Of a DNA stretch of 64,000 nt, positions 29,607 to 39,740 are shown in pieces. The stretch's first letter is position 1, and each line of letters opens with the position of its first letter. Under the pieces are notes generated by a model. It was not told the DNA's origin, searched no databases, and worked only from the letters and a program-made list of their open reading frames with translations. The stretch covers positions 42,488 to 106,487 of the forward strand of contig JBDLTF010000001.1 in the NCBI GenBank assembly GCA_039799225.1, given 5' to 3'. The position numbers and the translations under genes were made by a program. This stretch comes from Candidatus Parcubacteria bacterium. GTDB lineage: Bacteria > Patescibacteriota > Minisyncoccia > Phycocordibacterales > PALSA-1337.

Positions 29607-30764
29607 ATGAATACACTTATGAAAAAAACATGCACACTAGCCTTAGCGACATATATCATCGCCGTATCCATCGCACCGATAACTATATATGCAGATACTG
29701 GATCAAATACCACCTCTGGAAATTCTGTCGCGACCTATACATTGCTTGAACCATTACCTTGTCTCAATGACGGAACACAAAAATGTACGGATGGGGGGAT
29801 AGTTACACAGGTAAACTTCGCCGACTATGTTCGTTATATGTTCAATTTGATTATTGCACTCTCAGCCGTTGCGGCAGTGCTCGTCATTGTCGCTGGAGGA
29901 TTCAAATATGTCACCACCGACTCATTCCAAGGCAAGAATGACGGAAAGAAGATGATACTTGAGGCACTCAAAGGACTTCTGCTGGTACTCTGTTCTTACC
30001 TTATCCTCAGAACAATCGACCCTCGTCTTGTGGATATACCTTCGACAATAGTGAAGCCTCTTCCGATCAGTTATCAAAAAGGAGTGACTTACGGTTATTT
30101 CGACCAGCTCGCATCAGAAGCTAGCAAGTATAATGCGAATGATCGAGCAGCCGTACTCGCTCGAGAAGTAGCGAAGAAACAGACTCAGGATCTCAAAAAT
30201 CAGCTGGATATAATTGACGAGAAGCTAGGAAAAATATACAGCGGTGATGCAGAAGCGACTCAGGAAGAAATAAATTCACTGAGTAAACAACGTGCGCTTA
30301 TTTCTGATCAGATAAATGGAACTATTTCTGAGGCAACAATACAAAATGCTATTGCTATATACAACGCACAAATGCGAAATGTGGTTGACCCTAAGGATGA
30401 AGTCACTCTCGACACGATAGAAGCCTACCTGAATAACATTCAGAAAGTGAATGCTTCAACACAAGAACAACTCAACAAGAATTTGAATGAAGAGACACCT
30501 GAGCAGAAAGAAAAGCTCGCAAATGAAAAATCCTATTCGGAAGCTAGAATACTCATAGTGAAATACGAACATTTCACCACTTCGCTCGATCCAAAAGCAG
30601 TTGATGCTGCAATAGCAAAACTGAATTCACTAAAGACAACCACTATCGCATCGATTACTGACAAAACACGAAGAGATGAATTGACCAGCGCTGCAGATAA
30701 AGCGATCGAGAGCTTGAAGGCAAGCATTAGCACTGACGCTTATGATGGTGGTGTAATGTATTAA
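29607..30764 (+). CDS. Protein with TrbC/VirB2 pilin-like domain and coiled-coil tail
   Basis: YTLLEPLP; AVLVIVAGGFKYVT...GKKMILEALKGLLLVLCSYLILRTIDPRL. Confidence 0.7.
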   Translation: MNTLMKKTCTLALATYIIAVSIAPITIYADTGSNTTSGNSVATYTLLEPLPCLNDGTQKCTDGGIVTQVNFADYVRYMFNLIIALSAVAAVLVIVAGGFKYVTTDSFQGKNDGKKMILEALKGLLLVLCSYLILRTIDPRLVDIPSTIVKPLPISYQKGVTYGYFDQLASEASKYNANDRAAVLAREVAKKQTQDLKNQLDIIDEKLGKIYSGDAEATQEEINSLSKQRALISDQINGTISEATIQNAIAIYNAQMRNVVDPKDEVTLDTIEAYLNNIQKVNASTQEQLNKNLNEETPEQKEKLANEKSYSEARILIVKYEHFTTSLDPKAVDAAIAKLNSLKTTTIASITDKTRRDELTSAADKAIESLKASISTDAYDGGVMY

Positions 30765-30777
30765 TCGATAGATTTCT

Positions 30778-32100
30778 ATGAAAAAAATCCTCCCCGTACT
30801 CCTCATATTCCTCATCCTCGCAGCCACGGGGTATTGGTATTTCTTCATGCGCACATCAACAACTGGTACAACACCTGATACGACTGGAACTGATCAGCAG
30901 GGAGGATTCCAGCCATTTGGAAGACCTTCAACAGGAGGTCAGCAAGGAACAGAGACCGGGAGCATTCCTGTAGTTTCAACAAGCACTGATGTATCAACTC
31001 CAGTCAAAATACCCACCCTCCGCCTCTTGAGTGCTACGCCTGTCGGAGGATACGGCGCCAGCACGACCGCTAGCACGACCGTTATACGTTGGGTAGATCG
31101 CGGAAGGGGCAACATATACGAGGCACGTGGTAACACTCTCGATACCATCACTATATCCAATACCATCGTTCCAAGGATATACCAAAGTATATGGAATAAG
31201 GCCGCAAATGCATTTATCGCTTCAACACTCGACGAGGATGGAGCATCTATAGGCTCAGTCTACGCCGACATCAAAGCCCGCATCATTCCCAAGGCTGCTA
31301 CAAGCACCTCGGCCACAAGCACACCTAGACTCGGACTTGGAGTAGGGGCGGATGGGCAGACTATCACTCCTTATGAGCTTAAGGGTAAAAACCTTCCTGA
31401 GAATATCGTTGCATACGCCGCATCTCCGAAGAGAGACAAACTTTTCATGCTTGTCGATGATAATGGTACTGGCATAGGCTATGTATCCACATTCGATGGA
31501 AAGTCCGTGACTCAGATCTTCAGCACTCCACTCACCCAACTCAATGTAGAATGGCCTGAGGAGAATACGATTGCTCTAACAACAAAGGGTACAGCTAGCG
31601 AAGGGGGGTACCTCTACTTTGTTAACGCAAAGACAGGTATCTGGAGTAAAATTCTCGGTCCACTCGCGGGTATAAGTACTCGTGTGAGTACTGATGCCAA
31701 GCGTGTACTTGTATCTACCACCGGTAGCAACAAGAATGTTCTTGCGAGTATTTATACCGTTGCCGACAAGAAGGGTATAGATGCAATCGTCAGAACACTC
31801 GCCGACAAATGTATTTGGGGTAATTTCTATAAAGAAATGGTGTACTGTGCGACACCATCACAACCAACAGCAGGAATATATCCTGATGACTGGTACACAG
31901 GAACTATTTCGACCGTAGACAAGATATGGCAGATCAACGGAGCAACGGGGGAGATTCAACTCGTCTCTTCTATAATCGATACTTCCGACCGTGTCATCAA
32001 TGCATTCAATCTCGGTCTAGATCAGAAGGACAACTTCCTCTTCTTCATGAATAAAGATGACTTATCTCTCTGGTCACTCGACTTGGTTTCAAGCAACTAG
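30778..32100 (+). CDS. Membrane-anchored beta-propeller-like protein
   Basis: N-terminal TM, repeated beta-strand blades, ends DLSLWSLDL. Confidence 0.65.
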   Translation: MKKILPVLLIFLILAATGYWYFFMRTSTTGTTPDTTGTDQQGGFQPFGRPSTGGQQGTETGSIPVVSTSTDVSTPVKIPTLRLLSATPVGGYGASTTASTTVIRWVDRGRGNIYEARGNTLDTITISNTIVPRIYQSIWNKAANAFIASTLDEDGASIGSVYADIKARIIPKAATSTSATSTPRLGLGVGADGQTITPYELKGKNLPENIVAYAASPKRDKLFMLVDDNGTGIGYVSTFDGKSVTQIFSTPLTQLNVEWPEENTIALTTKGTASEGGYLYFVNAKTGIWSKILGPLAGISTRVSTDAKRVLVSTTGSNKNVLASIYTVADKKGIDAIVRTLADKCIWGNFYKEMVYCATPSQPTAGIYPDDWYTGTISTVDKIWQINGATGEIQLVSSIIDTSDRVINAFNLGLDQKDNFLFFMNKDDLSLWSLDLVSSN

Positions 32101-32154
32101 AATAGCTTGGTAACAAAAAAGCACATCTCTCAATGTGCTTTTTTGTTACTGGAA

Positions 32155-32895
32155 CTATTTATTTATATGTTTCTTACGAATATAGAGTTCTTGAGCGAGA
32201 GTGAAGAGAGTGCTTGTTGACCAATAGATAGCGATGATAGCTGCTGCTTGAGGGAATCTGGACGGAATAAGCCAATACGTCGAAGCGAATGCGAGGATAG
32301 GGAGCAAATACTTCATCTGCTTGTTCATCGAGTTCGATATCTGACTTGCGGCATCATTGGTATTCGAAGGAGCTGTAGGCTTTGATGCAAGTGAGTATTT
32401 AAGCTGAAAATACTGTATACCTGCGGTTATAAGCGACAATATAAGACTTTTTTGTGTAAGATCCACGAGACCAAGGAAATGTGTCTTGATTATAGGTACC
32501 GATATGAAGCTATAGAGATATTCAGGATGAATATCTGGAATAATCTTATAGAAGACCGAGATGATAGCGAAGAGAACGGGAAGTTGTATGAAGACAAGGA
32601 GGACACCAGAGAATGGTTTAACACCTTTGGACTTGTAGAGCTCCATAATCTTAAGAGCTTGAGTCTGCTTATCCTTCCCATACTGAGCTCTGATCTGAGC
32701 GGCCTCAGGCTCGATATCCTTCATTTTGACCTGAGTAAGCAAAGAAGCCTTCGAGAGGGGGTAGAGAACGAGCTTCACGAGCACAGTAAACACGATGACA
32801 GCAATACCGACATCAATCCATGGAACAAGGTCCATAATACCGATAAGGCCGTTATAGAGCGGGCGGAATATAATTTCATTGTACATGCCGTACAT
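32155..32895 (-). CDS. yidC: Membrane protein insertase YidC (short form)
   Basis: GIAVIVFTVLVKLVLYPL, IQLPVL, AIYW. Confidence 0.92.
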   Translation of the reverse strand: MYGMYNEIIFRPLYNGLIGIMDLVPWIDVGIAVIVFTVLVKLVLYPLSKASLLTQVKMKDIEPEAAQIRAQYGKDKQTQALKIMELYKSKGVKPFSGVLLVFIQLPVLFAIISVFYKIIPDIHPEYLYSFISVPIIKTHFLGLVDLTQKSLILSLITAGIQYFQLKYSLASKPTAPSNTNDAASQISNSMNKQMKYLLPILAFASTYWLIPSRFPQAAAIIAIYWSTSTLFTLAQELYIRKKHINK

Positions 32896-32896
32896 A

Positions 32897-33232
32897 CTAC
32901 CTCAAAAGACCTGCTTTCACAAAGAGATCCTTGATGTCTGCAGCGATATCAACTTGTTTTGCATTCAACACAGTCTGCTTGGCAAATACTGCAGCATGAA
33001 CACCTGGCTTGATCGATGCTTTGATTGTACGCACAGCTTCATAAGCCTTTCTACGGATCTTATTGCGCATCGTCGCTGTCTTCGATACTTTCTGTGGAGT
33101 TACTGCAGCTACTCGGATATCTGGCATTCCCGATACTGCACGTATGAGAAAAAGGGAAGAGTGGAATACTCTTCCTTTTTCCATAACGGAGTCGAATTGT
33201 TCAACAGAGAGCCTCTGTGAACGTGAAAGCAT
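32897..33232 (-). CDS. rnpA: Ribonuclease P protein component
   Basis: KVSKTATMRNKIRR (RNR-like motif); rpmH-rnpA-yidC synteny. Confidence 0.88.
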   Translation of the reverse strand: MLSRSQRLSVEQFDSVMEKGRVFHSSLFLIRAVSGMPDIRVAAVTPQKVSKTATMRNKIRRKAYEAVRTIKASIKPGVHAAVFAKQTVLNAKQVDIAADIKDLFVKAGLLR

Positions 33233-33235
33233 GGC

Positions 33236-33370
33236 TTAAACAGCGACGCGAGTGCGTCCCTTTGCGCGGCGGCGAGCAAGAACCTTGCGGCCTGGGGCAG
33301 TCTTCATACGGACACGGAATCCGTGTGACTTTGCGCGCTTGCGCTTGTTCGGGTTATAGGTGAATGACAT
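33236..33370 (-). CDS. rpmH: 50S ribosomal protein L34
   Basis: Read by hand: [44 protein letters not shown] (44 aa, below the ORF-track cutoff). Confidence 0.97.
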   Translation of the reverse strand: MSFTYNPNKRKRAKSHGFRVRMKTAPGRKVLARRRAKGRTRVAV

Positions 33371-33423
33371 AGGTGCATACTATAAATCAAAACTGATAAT
33401 TTCGCAAGTATTTAGAGTTTCTA

Positions 33424-33541
33424 CTAGAACACAAGGAAAGATGTGTGCAAACTGCCATGTAGGCACAGTGAATTACATATAATGTCCTCCAAGAAACTTT
33501 GCCGGTATGGCAGTTTGCACACATCTTTCCTTGTGTTCTAG
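33424..33541 (-). repeat. Long-stem palindrome, family copy C
   Basis: 35-bp perfect inverted repeat (33424-33458 / 33507-33541); loop on minus strand AAGTTTCTT-N18-TTCACTG. Confidence 0.9.
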
Positions 33542-33628
33542 TTGTCCCCAACTTATCAACATAAATTTTATCTCTCCACAAGTTTGCAAATCTATAAACA
33601 GGTATATACTTACTGGGCATCAAATCCT

Positions 33629-34975
33629 ATGAATGACTTCACGAAAATGTGGCAAACTGCGCTCATAGAGATAGAGACTGCCGTCTCCCAAGCTAATTTT
33701 TCAACCTGGTTCAAAGATATCAAGATACTGCGCGAGGATGAGGGGGTAGTCTATCTCGGGGTTCCGAACTCATTTACTCATGAGTGGCTCCAAAAGAAGT
33801 TCCATAACTCGATTTTGCGTATTTTGCGCCAAATGAATGAGCGTGTTCGTGCTCTTGAGTACGTGATCGTCAAAGAAGAGGGTAAGGGGGGACACCAAGC
33901 CAAGAAGGATGCCTTGAATATGCCTACAATCGCGATGCCTTTGCAGGATTTCTATATAAACAGGGAGGACAACCTCAATCCTCGCTATACATTCGAGTCT
34001 CTGGTCGTTGGACCATTCAATGAAGTCGCTCATGCTGCTTCCCAGAGCGTTGTGAAGGCTCCAGGACAGTCATATAACCCACTCTTCATATACGGACAGA
34101 CTGGTCGTGGTAAGACTCATATGATTCAGGCTGTCGGAAATCAGATAAAGAGCCTATTCCCAGACAAGAAAGTCTTCTATCTAACCTCGGAAAGGTTCGG
34201 TTCTGAGCTTTTTGCAGCAATTCAAGAGGCGAAGGTTCAAGCATTCAAGGATAGATACAGGAAGTATGACGTTATTATTATGGACGACGTTCAATTCTTC
34301 GCAGGAAAGGAGAAATTCCAAGAGGAACTATTCCATTTCTTCAATACATTCTATGATTCTGCTCGTCAGCTCGTATTCTCGTCAGATAAGCACCCAAATG
34401 TCATCCCTGGCCTTGAAGATCGTCTCAAGGGTAGATTCAACGCAGGAATGATTATAGATATACCTGAGCCTGATCAGGAATCCCGTATGATGATTGTGCG
34501 TACGAAGTGTACTCCACACAATATAACCCTCTCTGATGACGTAATCGACTATATAGCATCATCTATAGAGGACAATATCCGCGAGATAGAAGGTATCATC
34601 AATGTGATTGCCTGCCAGACTCAGCTCAAGAACAGGGAACTAAGTCTCAATGAGATTAAGAATATCCTCAAAAACAACGTAAAACCTAAGAAGATGATGT
34701 CTGTAAAGGATGTTGTGAAGATCGTATCTGAGTTCTATAACATCGATGAGGATAGTATATACAACAAAACTCGTCGAAAGGAGGTTGTAAGGCCTCGTCA
34801 GGTAGTCATGTACATCTTAAGAGAGGATTTCGGCATATCATTCCCTTCTATAGGAGAGAAACTTGGAGGAAGAGATCATACGACTGTTATCCACTCATAT
34901 GAGAAGATGCGAGAGGAGATAAAAACTGATCAATTACTCTCTCAGGAGATTACCCAAGTCCGTACGATGCTGTAG
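33629..34975 (+). CDS. dnaA: Chromosomal replication initiator DnaA
   Basis: YNPLFIYGQTGRGKTH, DDVQF, GGRDHTTVIH; ATG at 33629 preferred. Confidence 0.98.
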   Translation: MNDFTKMWQTALIEIETAVSQANFSTWFKDIKILREDEGVVYLGVPNSFTHEWLQKKFHNSILRILRQMNERVRALEYVIVKEEGKGGHQAKKDALNMPTIAMPLQDFYINREDNLNPRYTFESLVVGPFNEVAHAASQSVVKAPGQSYNPLFIYGQTGRGKTHMIQAVGNQIKSLFPDKKVFYLTSERFGSELFAAIQEAKVQAFKDRYRKYDVIIMDDVQFFAGKEKFQEELFHFFNTFYDSARQLVFSSDKHPNVIPGLEDRLKGRFNAGMIIDIPEPDQESRMMIVRTKCTPHNITLSDDVIDYIASSIEDNIREIEGIINVIACQTQLKNRELSLNEIKNILKNNVKPKKMMSVKDVVKIVSEFYNIDEDSIYNKTRRKEVVRPRQVVMYILREDFGISFPSIGEKLGGRDHTTVIHSYEKMREEIKTDQLLSQEITQVRTML

Positions 34976-35200
34976 TTGGGGAAAAGTCTGTGAATAAGTT
35001 GTATATAGAGTAGGAAAAGTCTGTGGGTAAACCGATAAGTAATACACATAAACATCTCAGGAAAAAACCAGATAAAAACTTTCAACAAGATGTTTAAAAT
35101 AAAAAACCTATAGCACTCATATCTGAAGCCATTAAATTAATTTATACACATACCCACAGGACTAATAACGAATGTGTGATTAAATAAATAAAAAACTACT
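34976..35200. other. Probable oriC (dnaA-dnaN intergenic)
   Basis: AT-rich; DnaA-box-like TGTGAATAA (34989), TGTGGGTAA (35022), TTATACACA (35142); further boxes at 33542-33560 upstream of dnaA. Confidence 0.8.
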
Positions 35201-36307
35201 ATGAAGATAGATATTGGATTCAAAAAACTGAAAGACACGATCCAACTCATAGAAAGAGTTGCAGGGAAGCATCAGACATTGCCTGTGCTCTCATGTATTC
35301 TCATAGAAGTAGATAAGAATACTGCCACATTCAAGGCGACCAATCTGGATGTTGGGGTAGAGGTTGTTGTTCCTGTTAAATCAGATGGTTCAGGTACTAT
35401 AGCTGTTCCAGCCCACACTATATCTTCATTCATCTCTCAGGCGAGTGATCAGAATCAAATCATATCTATTGAAGTTATATCAGGAAATGCTCATATCAAG
35501 ACTAATAAGTCGAAAGGAGTTATAAAAACACTTCCAGTAGATGATTTTCCTTCTATACCAAAAGTCTCTGATGGTCAGGAATATTCAATCTCCCCAGAAG
35601 TATTCATTCAGGGATTGAGCTCAGTTTCATACAGCGCATCAATATCGAGTGTAAAGCCAGAACTTTCGAGTATATATGTGTACAAAGATGGGGAATACCT
35701 CACATTTGTGGCGACTGACTCATTCCGTCTTGCTGAGAAAAAGATCAAGAATGGAAGCGGATCGAAGGTTGTTGATACATTGATACCATTTAAGAATACT
35801 CAAGATATTATACGCATACTCCAGAGTATGGGTTCTTCGGTGACAGTTAGAGCGAATAAGAATCTTATCTCATTTGAGAATGATGGGGTATATATAGTAT
35901 CGCGTGTTATTGATGGAGTATTTCCTGATTATAGACAAATTATCCCTAAGGCATTCACTACTGAAGTTGTAGCTCTTAAACAAGATATTCTCAACTCATT
36001 GAAGATATCGAATATTTTCTCTGATAAATTCAATCAAGTTCATCTTACTATAGATCCAAAAGGTAAAATGTTTGAGATACAGACCAAGAATAGTGATATT
36101 GGAGAAAATCAAACACTTGTAGATGCTGCTCTGACAGGGGATAGAATGGAGATTAACTTCAACTATAGATATCTCATAGATGGATTCCAGTCGATAGATG
36201 CCGACAGTGTATCTCTACAACTCAATGGTTTGAATCGTCCTGTGGTCATTAAACCAGTGTCAGGTGACCAAACATTCCTCTACCTAGTGATGCCGATGAA
36301 CAGATAG
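35201..36307 (+). CDS. dnaN: DNA polymerase III beta clamp
   Basis: ATNLD, VATDSFRLA, FPDYRQIIP, LVMPM. Confidence 0.97.
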   Translation: MKIDIGFKKLKDTIQLIERVAGKHQTLPVLSCILIEVDKNTATFKATNLDVGVEVVVPVKSDGSGTIAVPAHTISSFISQASDQNQIISIEVISGNAHIKTNKSKGVIKTLPVDDFPSIPKVSDGQEYSISPEVFIQGLSSVSYSASISSVKPELSSIYVYKDGEYLTFVATDSFRLAEKKIKNGSGSKVVDTLIPFKNTQDIIRILQSMGSSVTVRANKNLISFENDGVYIVSRVIDGVFPDYRQIIPKAFTTEVVALKQDILNSLKISNIFSDKFNQVHLTIDPKGKMFEIQTKNSDIGENQTLVDAALTGDRMEINFNYRYLIDGFQSIDADSVSLQLNGLNRPVVIKPVSGDQTFLYLVMPMNR

Positions 36308-36568
36308 ATGCTTAATATATCTGAATTCTTCAAGAGGGTGCAGGGAAAGCATGCGAAAGAAGTCGTCGTAAGGACTTCTGTATGTGATGCTATACGTAAG
36401 TATGCAGGATTTGATATCCCTATGGAGAAGGTTAATTTCAATTCAGATACAGTAGTTCTTGAAGGACTTACTGCAATGCAAAAATCTCAGATCTATATCA
36501 AGAAGCAAGCTATTCTCGACGAAGCCAATTCTCAGCAGTCTATTCGTGTGATAGGGGATATTAGGTAG
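36308..36568 (+). CDS. Small protein, possibly DciA (DUF721)-like
   Basis: 86 aa abutting dnaN; ..KSQIYIKKQAIL...IGDIR pattern. Confidence 0.5.
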   Translation: MLNISEFFKRVQGKHAKEVVVRTSVCDAIRKYAGFDIPMEKVNFNSDTVVLEGLTAMQKSQIYIKKQAILDEANSQQSIRVIGDIR

Positions 36569-36570
36569 CT

Positions 36571-36683
36571 TCACAGAGCAGCGCGCATGTGTGCGGCAAC
36601 GCTGCATGCGCAGCTTCTTGAAATCATTTACATTTGTTCACTTCGCATGCAGCGTTGCCGCACACATGCGCGCTGCTCTGTGA
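36571..36683 (+). repeat. Long-stem palindrome, family copy A
   Basis: 40-bp perfect inverted repeat around a 33-nt loop. Confidence 0.92.
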
Positions 36684-36696
36684 TGATACTTATTTA

Positions 36697-39228
36697 CTAA
36701 CGGATAGAGAAGGTAGTCGAAGCAGTGGTCTTGTTGAAGATATTATCGTAGAGGGTCACAGAGAGTGTATTATCACCAGACAAGTTTCCTATATCTGAAG
36801 GGAAGAATGAGATGTTGAGAGGATCCTTCTCTGAAGTGAGAATATATTTACCATTGATGTATACCTCTGTCTTTCGTGCTGGGTAAGCGCCAGATACATT
36901 GAGTTTTATATTCAAGCTCTCACCTGACCCTATAGATACTCCTTGTGTTGGAGATATAAATGATACATGTGGGGATTTGTCAGGGAGGTGTATATCATCG
37001 GTGGCGGTAGGTATATCTATAGATGTGGCTTCTTTGAAGTCGGGATGCTCCTTCTGATAGTTTTCGAACCATTTCCTGACGCCGTATTCCCAGTATTCAT
37101 ACTGAGAATCATTGTTTGGATCCTTAGGAGCTTCACCACGAGGATCAATCTTGTTGATCCAATGGAGGATACTGTGAACATTGTTGAAAGCAACTTCTTT
37201 TCTAGTCTCAACCGGTGTGTATTCCGTTGCGATCTTTCCAGAAACAGAGTCTTTCCAGTATGATATGCCACCTTGCCATATACCACGCAATACAGGTTTA
37301 TTATCAGAGAGTGGGGGAGGAGGAGTCTGAAAATTCTCCGGAGGGAATGTATCGGCAACTTGAGACATGAATGCTCCCCAAACTGGTGCAATGATGAGAC
37401 CAGCTATATTTTGCTTCCTCGGAGTGGTGTCATTCTTTCCTGCCCAGGCTCCAACGACGAGGTTTGGTGTATAACCGACAGCCCACACGTCACGATAATC
37501 GTTGGTAGTACCAGTCTTGATGGCGACTTGGCGACCAACACTTTCACCGATAGGTTTGAGACTCTCCATGCGTACATTGGTGTCTGACAATATATCTGAT
37601 ATCTGGCGAGCAATCTCAGGCTTGAGTGCTTCTGTTGGGGTAGGAGATTCTGCGCTCTCAAGGATGGTTCCTTTGCTATCTTCTACGCGCAAAACTGACC
37701 TATATGGGTTGCGCATACCATCGTTGGCAAATACACCGTATGCACTCGTAAGCTCGAGAAGAGATACTTCACCACCTCCAAGCACGAGAGTGAGACCGTA
37801 TCGATCGGGCTCAGTAAGACTGGTGATACCCATATCTTCGGCGGTCTGAATCGATCTGTTGATTCCGGCGAGATAGAGAGCTTTCACCGCTGGTATGTTT
37901 CTAGAATGGGCCAGAGCCTCTCTGATAGTCATAGGACCTGGGAATGTATGATCGTATTCATCAGGTGAGTAACATACCTTTTTTGGATCTTCACCGTCCT
38001 TTTTAGGTTTACTTTCAACAGTACACTCAGTCGAGAATTCTGTTTCAACATCGAAGAGTACAGTCTCAGGCGTATATCCTCTCTCGAATGCTGTCGCGTA
38101 GACGAATGGCTTGAATGTGGATCCAGGCTGACGCTTAGCAAGAGCAATATTGAAATTTCCATCTATTTTTGGATCGAAGTAGTCTCGTGATCCAACCATA
38201 GTGAGTATGTCACCAGTTTTGGGATCGATAGCAACCATTGCAGTGTTACTTGCATTGAAGTTACTTTCGAGAGATGGTGTGAATTTTACGATCACATCCT
38301 CAGCCTTTTCTTGCATACCATAGTCGAGAGTGGTTATGATGCGCAAACCACCACTACTCACCATTTCTTCTCCGTATTTTTGAGTGACATAATCTTTTAC
38401 GAACATAACGAAGTGAGGTGCGCGGAGGCTTGAGTCATTCTTGGAGAGGAAAGTCACCTCTTCTGCAACAGCTGAATCACGTTCTTCTTCTGATATAAGC
38501 TTAAGATCAAGCATGCGCTTCAATACAAGCCTCTGTCTGCCGGTAAGGTCATCTCGATGTGTACCATACGGAGAATAATATGTTGGTGCCTGAGGTATCG
38601 CGGCGAGATAGGCAGCTTGAGCCAAAGTTACATCTTTTGCGGCTCTACCGAAGAATGCACGGCTCGCTTCTTCAACACCGAAGATAGTACCTCCATATGA
38701 GGTGTCATTGAGGTATGTTTCAAGGATTTGATCCTTGCTCATGACGCGGGTGAGCTTCACTGCGATAACCCACTCCTTGATCTTACGGGTGATAGTTTTG
38801 TCTTTGGTGAGAAGGGAGTTCTTCACGACCTGTTGAGTGATCGTAGACGCTCCTTGACCGTATCCACCAGTCGCGAGGTTCGCGAGCACGGCGCGGATGA
38901 TAGATGTCGGTTCGATGCCGATGTTGGTATAGAAATCAGAATCCTCAATAGCGATGGTTGCTTGCTGGATGAGTGGCGAGATTCCAGCAAGGGGAAGGGC
39001 AGTGCGCTTCGCATCTCTGCCAGTATCATAGAGGAGTATGGTGCCGGTTCGGTCATATATCTTGGTCGACTCGATGATCTTCCTATTCTGGAATGAATCG
39101 AGGTCTGGCATCTCAAGAGTTGCTACCCAGAGAGCTACTAAACCGGTCACTATGAATGCGCCAGAAATAGCCAAAATGATGGCTGATTTTGCGTGAGGAT
39201 GGAGATGTTTCTTTTTGTGGTGGGACAT
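36697..39228 (-). CDS. Class A penicillin-binding protein (transglycosylase-transpeptidase)
   Basis: AIEDSDF, GASTITQQVVK, QPGSTFKP, SRN, KTGT; ATG at 39228 preferred. Confidence 0.94.
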   Translation of the reverse strand: MSHHKKKHLHPHAKSAIILAISGAFIVTGLVALWVATLEMPDLDSFQNRKIIESTKIYDRTGTILLYDTGRDAKRTALPLAGISPLIQQATIAIEDSDFYTNIGIEPTSIIRAVLANLATGGYGQGASTITQQVVKNSLLTKDKTITRKIKEWVIAVKLTRVMSKDQILETYLNDTSYGGTIFGVEEASRAFFGRAAKDVTLAQAAYLAAIPQAPTYYSPYGTHRDDLTGRQRLVLKRMLDLKLISEEERDSAVAEEVTFLSKNDSSLRAPHFVMFVKDYVTQKYGEEMVSSGGLRIITTLDYGMQEKAEDVIVKFTPSLESNFNASNTAMVAIDPKTGDILTMVGSRDYFDPKIDGNFNIALAKRQPGSTFKPFVYATAFERGYTPETVLFDVETEFSTECTVESKPKKDGEDPKKVCYSPDEYDHTFPGPMTIREALAHSRNIPAVKALYLAGINRSIQTAEDMGITSLTEPDRYGLTLVLGGGEVSLLELTSAYGVFANDGMRNPYRSVLRVEDSKGTILESAESPTPTEALKPEIARQISDILSDTNVRMESLKPIGESVGRQVAIKTGTTNDYRDVWAVGYTPNLVVGAWAGKNDTTPRKQNIAGLIIAPVWGAFMSQVADTFPPENFQTPPPPLSDNKPVLRGIWQGGISYWKDSVSGKIATEYTPVETRKEVAFNNVHSILHWINKIDPRGEAPKDPNNDSQYEYWEYGVRKWFENYQKEHPDFKEATSIDIPTATDDIHLPDKSPHVSFISPTQGVSIGSGESLNIKLNVSGAYPARKTEVYINGKYILTSEKDPLNISFFPSDIGNLSGDNTLSVTLYDNIFNKTTASTTFSIR

Positions 39229-39332
39229 ATTGCTAATAGTAGCAAATACCCCCACATGGCGAAAGGACAATAGGAGCTAGATTATCTCAGTTCTGATTCT
39301 TACAAAAAAGAGGCTCAAGGCCTCCTTACTTG

Positions 39333-39596
39333 TTATTCTTCCCAGCGATCTCCGAAAGGATTGAGTTCCTCTCCATCGAGTGAAAGCTCTTCTCCCGCAA
39401 GCTCGTCATCTTCAGCTGGAGCCGCGAGAGGATCTTCTTCAACCTTCTCGTCTGTTCCTCCGAGAATAGGTTCGTGCTCTTCTATCTCGATAGGTTTCTT
39501 CGCTTTGGCAGCAGGAGCATCTTCACGATGTTCCTCAGCCTCATCGTGTTCCTCGACGATAGGATCGACTTTCTTTGTTTTTTTGGCCGTTGGCAT
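39333..39596 (-). CDS. Small acidic, probably disordered protein
   Basis: 87 aa, Glu-rich, ends NPFGDRWEE. Confidence 0.65.
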   Translation of the reverse strand: MPTAKKTKKVDPIVEEHDEAEEHREDAPAAKAKKPIEIEEHEPILGGTDEKVEEDPLAAPAEDDELAGEELSLDGEELNPFGDRWEE

Positions 39597-39740
39597 ACCT
39601 ATAAATTAACCTTATAACTTCTTGTTGGATAGTTGTAACAAAGTCTTTTTATTTTGGCAATCAGAGGGAGCTGTGGATATCCGGGAGTGCGTCACTCCCG
39701 AGCAATCCCCGAAGGGGACAACCGGGAGGTTTTTGTGACT

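Noticed and set aside
18862-32100. Integrative conjugative element
   Set aside because: No relaxase, coupling protein, integrase or flanking repeats; embedded between core genes
33387-33628. ORF 33387-33623 and the longer dnaA start at 33542
   Set aside because: They overlap the palindrome and DnaA boxes; DnaA-like sequence starts at ATG 33629
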